Source: Eledone cirrhosa (taxonomy: Eukaryota). From it: a DNA stretch of 64,000 nt. Below, one piece after another: positions 50,639-62,506 of this stretch. The stretch covers positions 181,040,001 to 181,104,000 of the forward strand of contig OZ024740.1 in the NCBI GenBank assembly GCA_964016885.1. The letters run 5' to 3'. Positions within the stretch are counted from its first letter, which is position 1. The number at the start of each line of letters is the position of its first letter. The notes beneath the pieces were generated by a model. It saw nothing but the letters and a program-made list of their open reading frames with translations. It was not told the origin of the DNA and ran no database searches. Position numbers and translations under genes: made by a program.

Positions 50639-50758
50639 ATAGGAAAATGTTAATCCCGACGGCAGAGCTCAAGTTGTTTCGACGGCTATTTCTTCGTCCA
50701 GAAGAAATAGCCGTCGAAACGGCTTGAGCTCTGCCGTCGGGGTCTAAGATTTTCCTAT
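50639..50758. repeat. Long hairpin (5-nt loop) between (TA)n runs
   Basis: CCCGACGGCAGAGCTCAAG..GTTTCGACGGCTATTTCTTC-gtcca-GAAGAAATAGCCGTCGAAAC..CTTGAGCTCTGCCGTCGGG. Confidence 0.9.
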
Positions 50759-51706
50759 ATATATACATATATATATATAATATATGTCTGATATCCCACT
50801 GGGTTACTGATGCAGTGATTTTAAATTATTAATATAACTCCTTATTCTCCAGCATTTTTATTTCTTCAAATAAACTGAATCCTCATATATTTTTACAAGA
50901 ATCGCTCATCTTTTGCCAGAAATGTGCAAACACATTGGGCCTGATGTGCGGCCGTGGTTAATAATTTGATATTGCCTTGAAGTTCTGTATATCTAATGTT
51001 AGCTGATGACGTATTAAAGTGTTTACGGTTAATGAATAGATAGAAGCTATAATGATTGATATAGAGCATTCATTTTTCTCGTTGATCATTAATACACTGT
51101 TTGTGTGTAGCTTCTCCAACCTCGGATGTACCATAAAGAGACTACAAATATGTTTCAAGTGCACGTGACAGTTTGGGCATCTTTAGTTAAAATCAACTTG
51201 ACAGATGCCGCATCCAATATATTTAAGTCAATAGAGGAATCACTGAATGGAATATAAGCCATTCAAAGATTAACGAGGCCATTTCTATCAGCTGAATAAA
51301 CCGAGGGATTAATTGTAGGTCAGAAATATATGAGATAATATGGTTATTGTAGGAGCCCCACACATAGGATTTTAAAACACATAGTCCAATTAGGGAGGAT
51401 AACTCCCATTACGTGTTTTGTATAGCCTTGAACAATTTCAGCTGTGAATCTAGAAAGAAAGTTATATATCTGAAATATCATGATAAATTACACTGTGTAA
51501 AGCATTACTTTGTTTTGAATTGTTCCATTTGGCATCATTTGCTCCTCGTAGTTGTATACCGCATTGCTCCTGTTTTATAGTAAATTATCTGTTTTTACTA
51601 CATGTCTCACAATGCTTCTTATTAAATGCACTATTCCCTATAAGAAACCAAATATATAAGAAACCATTCACTACACAACCCTCTCTCTCTCTATGTATAT
51701 ATACAT

Positions 51707-52593
51707 AATAAATAAATTATAGAATTATCAAAGTTTTGTTCAAATCATTTAATAGCTGACAATCATTTCTTCCAAACTCTCGTTTCGAGTCATCGGGGCA
51801 TTATCAATGTTTGCACGTATAATTAATCTCCTATTCAACTGACCAATAATATAGATACATATCAATTGATGTTGTAAGCAACAGGGTCGAATGGATGTGA
51901 CATATATTTTACGAGAATTGTACAATAATTGTACAAACATTCAAGTTCAAATTCAAAATAAATCAAATTAAAATCAAAAGCACGGAGTGGAATACATGCA
52001 ACAGATAAAACAAGAGAATAGTCCAATCATTAAAGAGGCATTGAGAAAGTAGTTTTGAGAAAGGTAGTGTACATTAACAATTCATATGCAAGCGTGTGGA
52101 GAGTGAAACTGCGTCAGTCATATACATGAGAAGGAGATAAGCAAAGCTATTATGCAATATAGATGAATAAAGACTGCACTTTAAGCAAATATGTTAATGT
52201 ATTAGAATCTATGGTAGATGCTGTATGCTGACAGTGTTCGAATTTCTGTTTGTTGAGAAACATACAGTTTTTGCAGACTTTTCCATGACATATGTTGAAT
52301 TAAAATGTTAAATATTTTAAGTTAGAGCAATGGATTGTAAATTAGTCTTAATGTATTCATATTCATAAACTATATTTGATCAAGCGGTAAATTTTCCAAT
52401 CGTTAATTTCCGGAAGTGAAAAAGGGGAGCTAATGCGTAAGGGGAGTTAATTATTGTTCAGTTGAATAGGAGGTTAATTATATGTGCAAACATTGATAAT
52501 GCTCCGATGACTCCAAACGAGAGTTTGGAAGAAACCATTGTCAGCTCTTAAATGATTTGAACACAACTTTGATAATTGTATAATTTATTTATT
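51707..52593 (+). mobile_element. Fold-back element with ~144-bp inverted arms and an HHR-like motif
   Basis: 51707-51850 is the reverse complement of 52450-52593. CCGATGA-C-TCCAAAC-GAGA-GTTTGGA-A-GAAA at 52504-52534. Confidence 0.65.
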
Positions 52594-52769
52594 TTCCTGC
52601 TCTGTAAAACAACTGATGTTCATACATTGAGCTATTTCTCTTACTGGTAATAAGGTAATAAGATATTATTGACTCTCCTGTTTATAGTTGTTTATACTAT
52701 ATATATAACTATAAATAGCATTATTATATATATACATTATTATATATATATATATATATATATATACAT

Positions 52770-52870
<101 letters not shown>

Positions 52871-52892
52871 ATGATATATATATATATATATA

Positions 52893-53850
52893 AAATATAA
52901 AGATTTACATATACATAAAGTCACAGATATATATGTGGCAACCGGTCACGTTGTGGCTCAATGAAGAATTAATAAATTAAAAAATGAGAGCAATATATCA
53001 TATATCTTGTCCTTAGAATTATTAGATAAAATATATACCATTTCCTCTCCCAATTAGCATAATTAACCATATACAAATTCAATTAGACCAGACTATAAGA
53101 ATAAAGGCTCCTATGAAGAAATATTTGATAAATAACCGAAAGTGGCCTCTTCGCTGTGACCCCAATAGAGTATTTACCCAACATTTCAACAGCATGTAGA
53201 AACTGACGAAATATACCTTCAACCATACACAATTAGGTGTAAATTTAAACTTAGAAGAAACGTGTCCATACCGTAATTACATCTCTACCATAGTTTCGCC
53301 GTATTTTTAGATATCCTACTGTTAGGATAAACCTAGAGTAACAGACTCATCAGGAGACAAACTCAGTTGGACAGTTAATTTTTCCAAAGTGATCGCGCAA
53401 AAAATAGATTCAAAAATGGCAAAGAATCGTGACGTGGCAGTGGACAAGTTAGAAAGAATATGATTAGTTGCTTACGGCGGGTAGGCTGGTTGCTAGAAAG
53501 CGCAGCCCAATATCGCCCAATTGTATCTCAACCCAACGGGAGATTATTAAATATAAAGATTTACATATACATAAAATCACAGATATATATGTGGCAACCG
53601 GTCACGTTGTGGCTCAATGAAGAATTAATAAATTAAATAATCAGAGCAATATATCATAAATCATGTCCTTAGAATTATTAGATAAAATATATACCATTTC
53701 CTCTCCCAATTAGCATAATTAACCATATAAAAAATCAATTAGACCAGGCTATAAGAATAAAGGCTCCTATGAAGAAATATTTGATAAATAACCGAAACGA
53801 AAATGGTATATATCTTATCTAATAATTCTAAGGACATGATTTATGATATA
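52893..53850 (-). mobile_element. Non-coding 656-bp-period partial tandem element with HHR and short inverted arm
   Basis: Direct repeats 52893-53140 and 53549-53796. 53801-53850 is the reverse complement of 53651-53699. (TA)n flanks. Confidence 0.8.
53281..53358 (-). ncRNA. Type-I hammerhead ribozyme
   Basis: GTCTC-CTGATGA-GTCTGT..TATCCTA-acag-TAGGATA..ACGGC-GAAA-CTATGG-TA^GAGAT. Confidence 0.85.
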
Positions 53851-53906
53851 TATATATATATACAATGATATTAAATAAATGTAAACTATATTTATAAATC
53901 CATATT

Positions 53907-53968
53907 TATTCTATTATATATTTTTCACGGGTACCAACAACTTTGGTACGCTCTCATCAGATAAAATA
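53907..53968 (-). ncRNA. Type-I hammerhead ribozyme
   Basis: TATTTTAT-CTGATGA-GAGCGTACCAA..TTGGTACCCGT-GAAA-AATATA-TA-ATAGAATA. Confidence 0.75.
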
Positions 53969-54370
53969 CAAAGAGTGTTTTATAAATGTTGACATAGACA
54001 AGGAAAAACATACCTGATCAGTTAAATATTCCTTGGGTAGTGAGTGAGAATATAGAACGGATTTTTCAAACTTATGGATATTATACCTAAATATATATAA
54101 ATATTATACCTAACTCCGTTATTATAATTTAAAACATTCTCAATTTTAACTACATATTTATTTATATAAAATACAAAATCAATTTCCCTCGTAACTCATT
54201 TTAGAGCAACCACCTAAAACTTGAACTACCTTTTTATTTATTTATTTATCTATCTACTTAAAACACAAAATCAACAATCCCTCGTAACTCATATTATAAA
54301 CAACTAATAATTGTAAAGTATCCCTTTAATAAAATAAATATGCAATAAAAAAAAATATATATATATATAT

Positions 54371-54489
54371 GAAGGCGTGTGGCTGATTGGTTAGAGTATT
54401 GGATTCGCAATCGTAAGGTTGTGAGTTCGATTCCTGAACCAGGCGATGCGTTATGTCCTTGAGCAAGACACTTTATTTCACATTGCTCC
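54371..54489 (+). mobile_element. tRNA-derived SINE head (second family)
   Basis: A-box TGGCTGATTGG, B-box GAGTTCGATTCC, then GTCCTTGAGCAAGACACTTTATTTCAC. No tRNA 3' acceptor stem. Confidence 0.8.
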
Positions 54490-54989
54490 TTCTACCTGGA
54501 GTTGCGACCGATAGATAGTTTTAGCAATTGGAAAGACCAACGGAAACATTGTTTCCTCGGTCCGATTTGACGAAAGTCGATCGTTTAAAATATATATATA
54601 TATATATATATATTTAACCCACTACAATATAATAAGCTACACACTTGCAAACATAACTCTCCATATCAATATATACATAGATAAATGTTCGAATATATTT
54701 CCCCGAAATTAACGTTATATGTGGTCTTCCTTGTCCTTTTCCTTCTTCTTATTTTTCCTTTTCTTTTTTCCTTCTTCTTTCTTTCTCTCTTATTATTATA
54801 TATCTAAACTTTCCATAGTGTTTAAAATAACCGTTTTTCAATCATAAAAATCAACCTTATTTACATATTCATTTGCATATTCATCCATAAGTTTGAAAAA
54901 TCAGTTCTATATTCTCACTACCCAAGGAATATTCAACTGAGAAGGTATGTTTTTCCTTGGCTATGTCAACATTTATAAAACACTCTTTG

Positions 54990-55051
54990 TATTTTATCTG
55001 ATGAAAGCATACCAATGTTTTTGGTACCCTTGAAATATATATAGTAGAATA
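54990..55051 (+). ncRNA. Type-I hammerhead ribozyme
   Basis: TATTTTAT-CTGATGA-AAGCATACCAA-tgttt-TTGGTACCCTT-GAAA-TATATA-TA^GTAGAATA. Confidence 0.85.
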
Positions 55052-55183
55052 AATATTGTTTTATAAATATAGTTTCCATTTATTTAATATCATTGAATAT
55101 TTACTCCAGAAATTGTCGCGTGCTCTGAATCAGTTATAAACATTTATACTTGTTGAATTTCCAACAAATTAAATATCCTTCTA

Positions 55184-55233
<50 letters not shown>

Positions 55234-55273
55234 CTTGTTGTATCCCAACCAACAATTTAAATAGAACTTTTGC

Positions 55274-55326
<53 letters not shown>

Positions 55327-55780
55327 CATATAGGAAGCGGGACGAAAGTATCAATATAGCATTAATAGTATTTGTACTGACACGTGGCGCCCGTTTCCAA
55401 TAGATCAGCTCAAAATACGGTCATTAGTGATCGTAGCCGACTCTCGAATTGATAGCTTATCAAACATCTATTTACAAACTAAACCCTGAATGTTGTTCCG
55501 GGTTTATTAACTTTTACAGGCATTGAAAATGACTAATGTACTATTATGAAAACTGTGCTTCCTAGTTCAGGCTAAGACAGAAAATTATTTTTAAATAACG
55601 GAATTACTGTAAAATATTTTCACACTAGGACGTATGTTATACGTTATGTTTACTCCAGAATGAAAGTAGACTATTTTCACTTCGCTGGTATTTGAACTCT
55701 GAACATAATGTTTGTGCAACTCTGAAGATACTACTTATCCACTAGAATTAAGACACTAAATACTCAAATACTTATAATAT

Positions 55781-55807
55781 TACTGCTGCTGCTGCTGCTG
55801 CTGCTGT

Positions 55808-55863
<56 letters not shown>

Positions 55864-55899
55864 TTACTACTACTACTGTTGTTACTGCTGCTGCTGCTG

Positions 55900-55960
<61 letters not shown>
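55781..55960. repeat. (CTG)n/(CTA)n compound microsatellite
   Basis: Direct trinucleotide runs. Confidence 0.95.
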
Positions 55961-57110
55961 CCTGAAGACAATTGGGATGCATATTCTGTTTAACAAGGAA
56001 TTTGACATGAAACCTGAAGCGCCGAATCTTAAACATATAGATATTGTGTGTATCACTGTGTGTTTGCCTGCGTGTGTATGTACCTGTACGCCTGTGCGAG
56101 TACAAGAAATTGATTTTCCTTAAATGGAATTAATGAAGGATGAACTAAGATATTTTCCCCAAAAATAACTTTTAAGTCACTATCGTGTCGCTTGTTTTGT
56201 TTTCCCCAATCCCCGTTAAATAATCCAAAGACACTGAAATACTACAAGATATAAAGATGAAGAAACGGAACCCTTTTGTTCAAAAGACTCTTAAATGAAA
56301 TTATGCCCAACCAATCTGTGTACTGATGCAAAATGCAGAGGATGAAGGACTTTTTAATTGCATTTGCACAACTAAACTTGAGATACATGCCTTTTAGCGA
56401 AAATGTATTATATCATTAAAGCTATTTTGTTTCCCTTTCTGTTTTATTCTTTTCCCCTGTGTCTCTATACATATAGAAGAAACGATTTAATTGAATTTGT
56501 TTTGAATTTCCTTTTCCCAAAATTATCTGTTCTTTAGAGAATTTATATTTGCAGTTTTTCAGTGATTTATCTTCTTAAATTAATATATTGTTAACTCTTC
56601 CTTCCAATTCTAGTTGTTTAAGAAGGGTATTTCTCAATTCCCATGCATAACTAATAAAGATGATTAATTGCAATAAAAGCTGAACATCATTCAAGTTACA
56701 GAATTTTCTCTTGTTGCCTCCAGTCATTTTACTTTAACTCAACTTTCTTCTATTGAGTATATTTTTATAACATATATAATTTTACTTCGCTCTTTTCGTT
56801 TTTCTTACATTATCTTTGTTTCTTTCATTCTTTTTTTTTATTCATTTAACCAATTATGCATTTATTTTCAGCCTTGGTATGTGTTAACTATCTCATTTTC
56901 ATATTTGCTACAGTATTTCAAAGTTTCATCTATATATTTCTATACGTTGGAAATTACATTATTCATACTTACTTGTTTTATGGTCGTATTTGAGACCTGG
57001 TCAGGCTGAATTGCTAATCGTTTCTACAACCACAGAAATGGGTTACCACTTCTATCTCGCTGCTAACACTTATTAGTCTCAAAAGGAATATATATATATA
57101 TATATATATA

Positions 57111-57197
<87 letters not shown>

Positions 57198-57214
57198 CAC
57201 ACACATATATATAT

Positions 57215-57298
<84 letters not shown>

Positions 57299-57303
<5 letters not shown>

Positions 57304-57534
57304 TAAGAGGAATTCCAACTTTGTTTGATTTACTCGTTTTATTTACAATCCTTTAAAATATATATAATGGTATTATAATGAAATACTATGATAGAATATT
57401 AAATTCTAAGTGTCAATTAACACTTAGAATTTAATATTCTATCATACTATTTCATTATAATACCATTATATATATTTTAAAGGATTGTAAATAAAACGAG
57501 TAAATCAGACAAAGTTGGAATTCCTTTTATTAAT
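57299..57534. repeat. ~115-bp-arm hairpin made of Neptune-like pLTR sequence
   Basis: 57299-57413 is the reverse complement of 57420-57534, with loop CAATTA. The arm matches 58168-58285. Confidence 0.92.
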
Positions 57535-57680
57535 ATAATCTTCTATACACAATCATACACACCCGTGTATATTTACCTATCTATATATATATATAGTAAT
57601 AATAATAAAATTGAAGACTAAAATCCAGAGAGGGCTCGATAAGGAAAATATATATCAAATATATAAGAACCGAAGAGCAA

Positions 57681-58155
57681 ATATTTATTAAAATAACAGA
57701 TTAAAGTTTAAGCATTCGGTCTCCTAGTTAGAATTTTAGTCTACGACTTCTGCTATACCATTTACGTGGTTTTGTCTTTGCACGCTATTGTTCACCACGT
57801 TCCACATATGACTTATTATCTTCGTTTTTTCGTTCATTGCCAGAGAACGTCTCTATGCACCACTTAGAGAACATTAGTCTACGACCTCTTTTATACCATA
57901 AACGTGGTTCTGTCCTTGCACGTTTTTGTTTTTCACCGCTCCTATTAATGACGTATTATTCGTTTTTTCCCGTTCTTTGCCAGCGAACGTCACCATGAAC
58001 CAAAGTATCGTCTTCCTGTCTTCCTCCGGTTGCAACGTTTTTTGAAATATCCAGTTCTGCGTTTACAGATTGACTTTGTTAGTTTCAGAAGATCCCGTTA
58101 AGGGTGAAAGCAGCGATTCTTTGCTTAAACTTTAATCTGTTATTTTAATAAATAT
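57681..58155 (+). mobile_element. Small element with 34-bp inverted arm, internal ~139-bp dimer and degenerate HHR
   Basis: 57681-57714 is the reverse complement of 58122-58155. Dimer 57736-57862 / 57875-58002. CAGAAGA-T-CCC-gttaa-GGG-T-GAAA at 58086-58109. Confidence 0.55.
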
Positions 58156-58288
58156 ATATATATATATATTAATAAGAGGAATTCCAACTTTGTCTGATTT
58201 ACTCGTTTTATTTACAATCCTTTAAAATATATATAATATGGTATTATAATGAAATAGTATGATAGAATATTAAATTCTAAGTGTTAAT

Positions 58289-58327
58289 TGAACAAGTACT
58301 TTCATGCTTTCGCAATCTTCAGGTTCA
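58289..58327 (-). ncRNA. Minimal type-I hammerhead ribozyme
   Basis: TGAAC-CTGAAGA-T-TGC-gaaa-GCA-T-GAAA-GTAC-TT^GTTCA. Palindromic stem III AGTACT. Identical copy at 46562-46600. Confidence 0.85.
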
Positions 58328-58709
58328 TGATATGTGGTGACAGTCGAGTTTGCAATTTTCAACTGTAATGAGATGGGTAAATTTACTACCTTTTATACAT
58401 TTTATACAGAGAAAAGTGGCTCCAGAATGCAAAGCCCTGTAAACTGTATTTCGACCAATCAGTGTGTAGTTTCACTGAATTACTACAGCTGATTGGTTTA
58501 AGCGTCACGGCTGGTTGAGCATGCTAACGACCAATAGTCATACCCAACGTATCAATTGTTTTGCTTTTTGAAATGATGAAAATAGCATGTTCTATTAATC
58601 ATCACCATCAACATCACTTTATTATTATTATTATTGTTGTTGTTGTTGTTGTTGTTGTTGTTAGTGGTCGTGGTCATAGTGGTAGTAGAAGTAATACCCC
58701 TAGGCGTTA

Positions 58710-61213
58710 TTATTGTTCATTTAGCTTGGGTTTGAATTTATCAATAAAATTCTTTTCTTTGATTTTTCTCTTGATTTCACTTGGGCTGTGTAATTTGTAG
58801 AATGGGAATATTATAAATATTCCCTGACCACATGTTGCCAGGTGGCCGCTTAGGGGTATCTGACGGACATTTGGGTCTCTGATTTGTTGACGGTGTACCC
58901 GTGCACGTTCCGATAGTGCATTTCCAGTTTGACCGACATATAGTTCTTCACAATTCGGGCATTTAATGCAGTAAATTAGATTTCTGCTTTTGCAGTTCAT
59001 ATTTGCATTTGGGAATATTTTTCCAGTTTTTGTTTTCATATATTGACCGGCGTGTATGGATTGACATGTGCCGCATCGATTATCATTGCATTTAGATACA
59101 GTGAATGAGTGGTCTTTGTTGTTAAGGTCAAACTTTGCTTTTGTTAGCAATTGCTTCAAATATTTTGGCTGTCTTTTACTAAGAGTCAAAGATCGATCTG
59201 TGATTAAGCCTTTTAATTCATTACTTTGAGCAATGATCGGTAGGTTTTCTTTGGCAGTGTTGAATATATTCTGGTGACATGGGTTGTGTGTCATTATAAA
59301 TGGTATGACCAGTTCTTGGTTTCTTCTTCCTTGGGTTGTTCTAAGTTGTTGTATAGGTATTTTTATAGCCCGCTGTATGCCATTTTCTATAAGTAGAGAT
59401 GGGTATTTTTGTTTGAGCAAAAATTCTCTTAGTTCTGTTAGGCGTTTGTACCTGGTATTCGTATCTTCTACAATGGTACAAATTCTTCTGGCTAGGCAGT
59501 ATGGGATGTTGCGTTTTGTATGAGGTGGATGGCACGACTTAAAATTCAGATATTGATGGGTGTCTGTGTGTTTATAATATATATCCGTGGTAATGGTGGT
59601 GTCGTTTTTGATTATCATTATATCTAGGAATGGTAATTTGGTCCTACTCATTTCTTTTGTGAATTGGAGAGATGGGTGTAGGTTATTCAGGAGGATATTG
59701 AACTCATCCAGAGTATCTAGAGATTCTGTCCAGATGATGAAACAGTCGTCAAGGTATCTCTTCCAAGATTTTTCAATGTACTTACTAAAGTCAGTACTAT
59801 ATTTTTCCTCTATTTCTTGGTAGAGTTGTTGTTCTAATTATCCCATTACAGAGTTCGCGTAAACGGGAGCAAACTTCGTTCCCATCGCTGTGCCTCTAAT
59901 TTGGATGTAATTCTTTCCATTGAAGAAGAAAGTGTTGTTTTCCAGAATAAGTTTAACTGCGTCTAATATAAATGGCGCTGTGAATCTAATGGGAATCACT
60001 TCTCTATGTTTTTCCACCCAGTATTTAACCGCCTTTATTCCTAAATCATGTGTAATGTTGGTGTAAAGGCTTACCACATCAAAACTGAGTAGAAGTGAAT
60101 TCGTTTCCGTGGTTTTGGGAAGATGGGACAGGAAGTCGATATCATCCCGGATGAAACTGGGTATGTGAATACATAGTGGTTTCAAAATAATGTCAACAAA
60201 ATTGCTTAGACGGTGAGTGGGGCATGTTGGACCAGCTATAATAGGTCTAAGTTTTAAGTCTTTTGGGTGTAATAATTTAATGTACTCACTGTTTTGTTCT
60301 CTTACTGCCAGTTGTATTTCTTTTGACTTGTGAACTTTCGGTAGGCCATACAGGTTGCTGGGTTTCGGCTCAAAATTGGTGATGTAGTCTCTTTCCTTAT
60401 CAGTAAATGAGTTGTGGTATTTTGAAGCCAGGTTGTTGATCTTCTTCATGATGTTGTGGTCTATATTTGACGGTATTTCATGATAGAATGTTGTGTCTTT
60501 CAGTTGTTCCTCAACCAAATCCTTGTAGTATTCAGTATCCATTATAACAACTGCACCCCCTTTATCTGCTTGTTTAATTATTTTTGTTTTATCATTTTGT
60601 ATACGTTTAAGTGCAGACATTTCTGATTTGTTAATGTTTGGCCTAACATTAGTATTATGTCTAAGAGGAAATTTAGACAGGATGTCAATGTATTGGTCGA
60701 GATAAATATTTCTTCCTTTTGGCGGAGTGAAATTTGATTTATTCTTTACTAGTGATTCATCACTCTCATTATTTTTGGTGGATTGGCAGTATCGGTAGAG
60801 GGTCAGACACCATGCTTTCCAGCATAGTTACGTCCCTTTACGATCTGAGTTCAAATCCCGCCGAGGTTGACTTTGCCTTTCATCCTTACGAGGTCGATAA
60901 AATAAAGTACCAGTAATGCACTGGAATAATTGATGGCCTTGTGCCAAAAGTAGAAACAATTATTTTTATCAGCGAATAATTCTACAAGACGTAATTTTCG
61001 ACAGAATTCTTGGGTATCCTCCTTCAGTTCTTGGTGGTTGACTGTTGGAGTCGGTGTAAATGTCAGTCCTTTTGACAGAATTTGCATTTCATCATTGTCA
61101 AGATCTCTTTTAGATAAATTAATTATTTTAGGATCTACGTGTACAGCTGTTTTGGGTATGTTTCCTCCTGGAGTTTTTCTTTTTCCAGTTTTTGTTGTCC
61201 TGACGTTAAAAAA
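58710..61213 (-). pseudogene. PLE RT + GIY-YIG ORF2, broken by one stop (59838) and a SINE insertion
   Basis: Removing the SINE plus one TSD restores ..FADKNNESDESLVKNKSNFTPPKG..EMSALKR. The TAA at 59838-59840 is in frame with downstream RYLDD. Confidence 0.9.
60777..60958 (+). mobile_element. Full-length SINE with 9-bp TSD
   Basis: TGGCAGTATCGG (A-box-like), GAGTTCAAATCC (B-box), core GACTTTGCCTTTCATCCTTACGAGGTCGATAAAATAAAGTACCAG (resembles the Meta-type SINE domain, from recall). TSD ATTATTTTT at 60768-60776 and 60959-60967. Confidence 0.92.
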
Positions 61214-62254
61214 TGAATTTTTCTCTGTTCAGGATTTATATCCCTGTTGGTGTTCGCTTGATGAACTTTTGGTCGTGATATTATATTTGGTTTCGTTATG
61301 TATTTTGTCCTATTTTTGGTATTCTGTATATTATTTTTCCTCCTGTTAGCATTATTTTTAACATTCTGGGAAAATGACCTAGGTTTGCTTTCAGGTTTAG
61401 ATCGTTTTTTCGTCCAGTTTCTTGTGGGCAATCTCTGTTGAGATCTTGAGAGTGATCTGGTTATACTACGTTTTGTTTCCACATTCCTTGTTGGTAGTCT
61501 CTGTTGAGATCTTGAGAATGATCTCCTGGTTTTACTACTTCTCATGGTCTGGTCAAAGGAATACCTATCGTGTTTGTGCTTTTTGTTCATGTTGTGTGCG
61601 ATAGGGTGTTTTTGTAGAAAAAGCGAAGAGTTATTACCGTAGTTCTTCTTTGATTCAAGGTAAGGTGAGTGTTTGTGTTGGCATGTGTTCTGGCGTATGT
61701 TGTGTTGATGAGATTGTCCACTTTTAATGCTTTTTCTCAGGGTTCCAGAGTCTTTACCGTAATTTGCAGCATATTCATCGAGAAATAATTGTTTCTGCTG
61801 CCATACCTTTCTTGATTTGTTTTCTTCTTTTGAGATATCTCCGATCCATAGTTCTCGTAGTTTTTCAGCTATAATACCAGTCGTTATCTTTGAAATTTCA
61901 ACTTCAATTTGGTCATCAATAGCTTCATATTTGGCTTTACATTCAGAAATGGAGATGTCGGTCCTGGATTTTGTCAATGTAAGTTCCCATCGGAGTTTTG
62001 TTTCTTCTTCTGGTTCTCCTGCAATTTCTGTAATTAGGTATTTACGAGGGAGTATGGGTGCCGTTAGAGAGAGCCATTTCGAATGTGTTTCGACATATTT
62101 TTCGCATCTGTACGCTTTCCAGAAATTTTCTTTTCTTATGTTAAGGAATTTTTTCCATGTCTTCCACATTTCTTTTCTTATTCGATGTGTTTTGTTTTCC
62201 AAATTTCTTTCGTTTATTTCTGACATCCAAGGGGGTTGTGGTAGGCTTTCTCTG
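61135..62254 (-). CDS. PLE upstream ORF1, 5'-truncated: helical/charged N-half and basic RS-rich C-half
   Basis: Open for ~370 codons after the (TA)n. Contains the repeat RS(F/L)[11 protein letters not shown] twice (60-nt period). Overlaps the RT frame at -1. Confidence 0.7.

Positions 62255-62506
<252 letters not shown>

Larger units (their letters stand above)
53862..55272 (+). mobile_element. Fold-back element with HHR in both arms (same family as 6159-7010)
   Basis: 53863-54079 is the reverse complement of 54884-55095. The 3' extension matches 6922-7008. Confidence 0.8.
58168..62254 (-). mobile_element. Neptune-like PLE: ORF1 + RT/GIY-YIG, 5'-truncated, in (TA)n
   Basis: IINLS, ILSKGLTFTPTP, IIKQADKGGAVV, YGLPKVHK, RPIIAG, FDVVSLYTNI, GTAMGTKFAP, RYLDD, SCHPPH, Cys linker CNDNRCGTC, LIYCIKCPNCEELYVGQTG. 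HHR-bearing 3' pLTR. Confidence 0.92.

Noticed and set aside
54371-54446. tRNA gene
   Set aside because: A/B boxes are present but there is no acceptor-stem closure and it continues into a SINE body.
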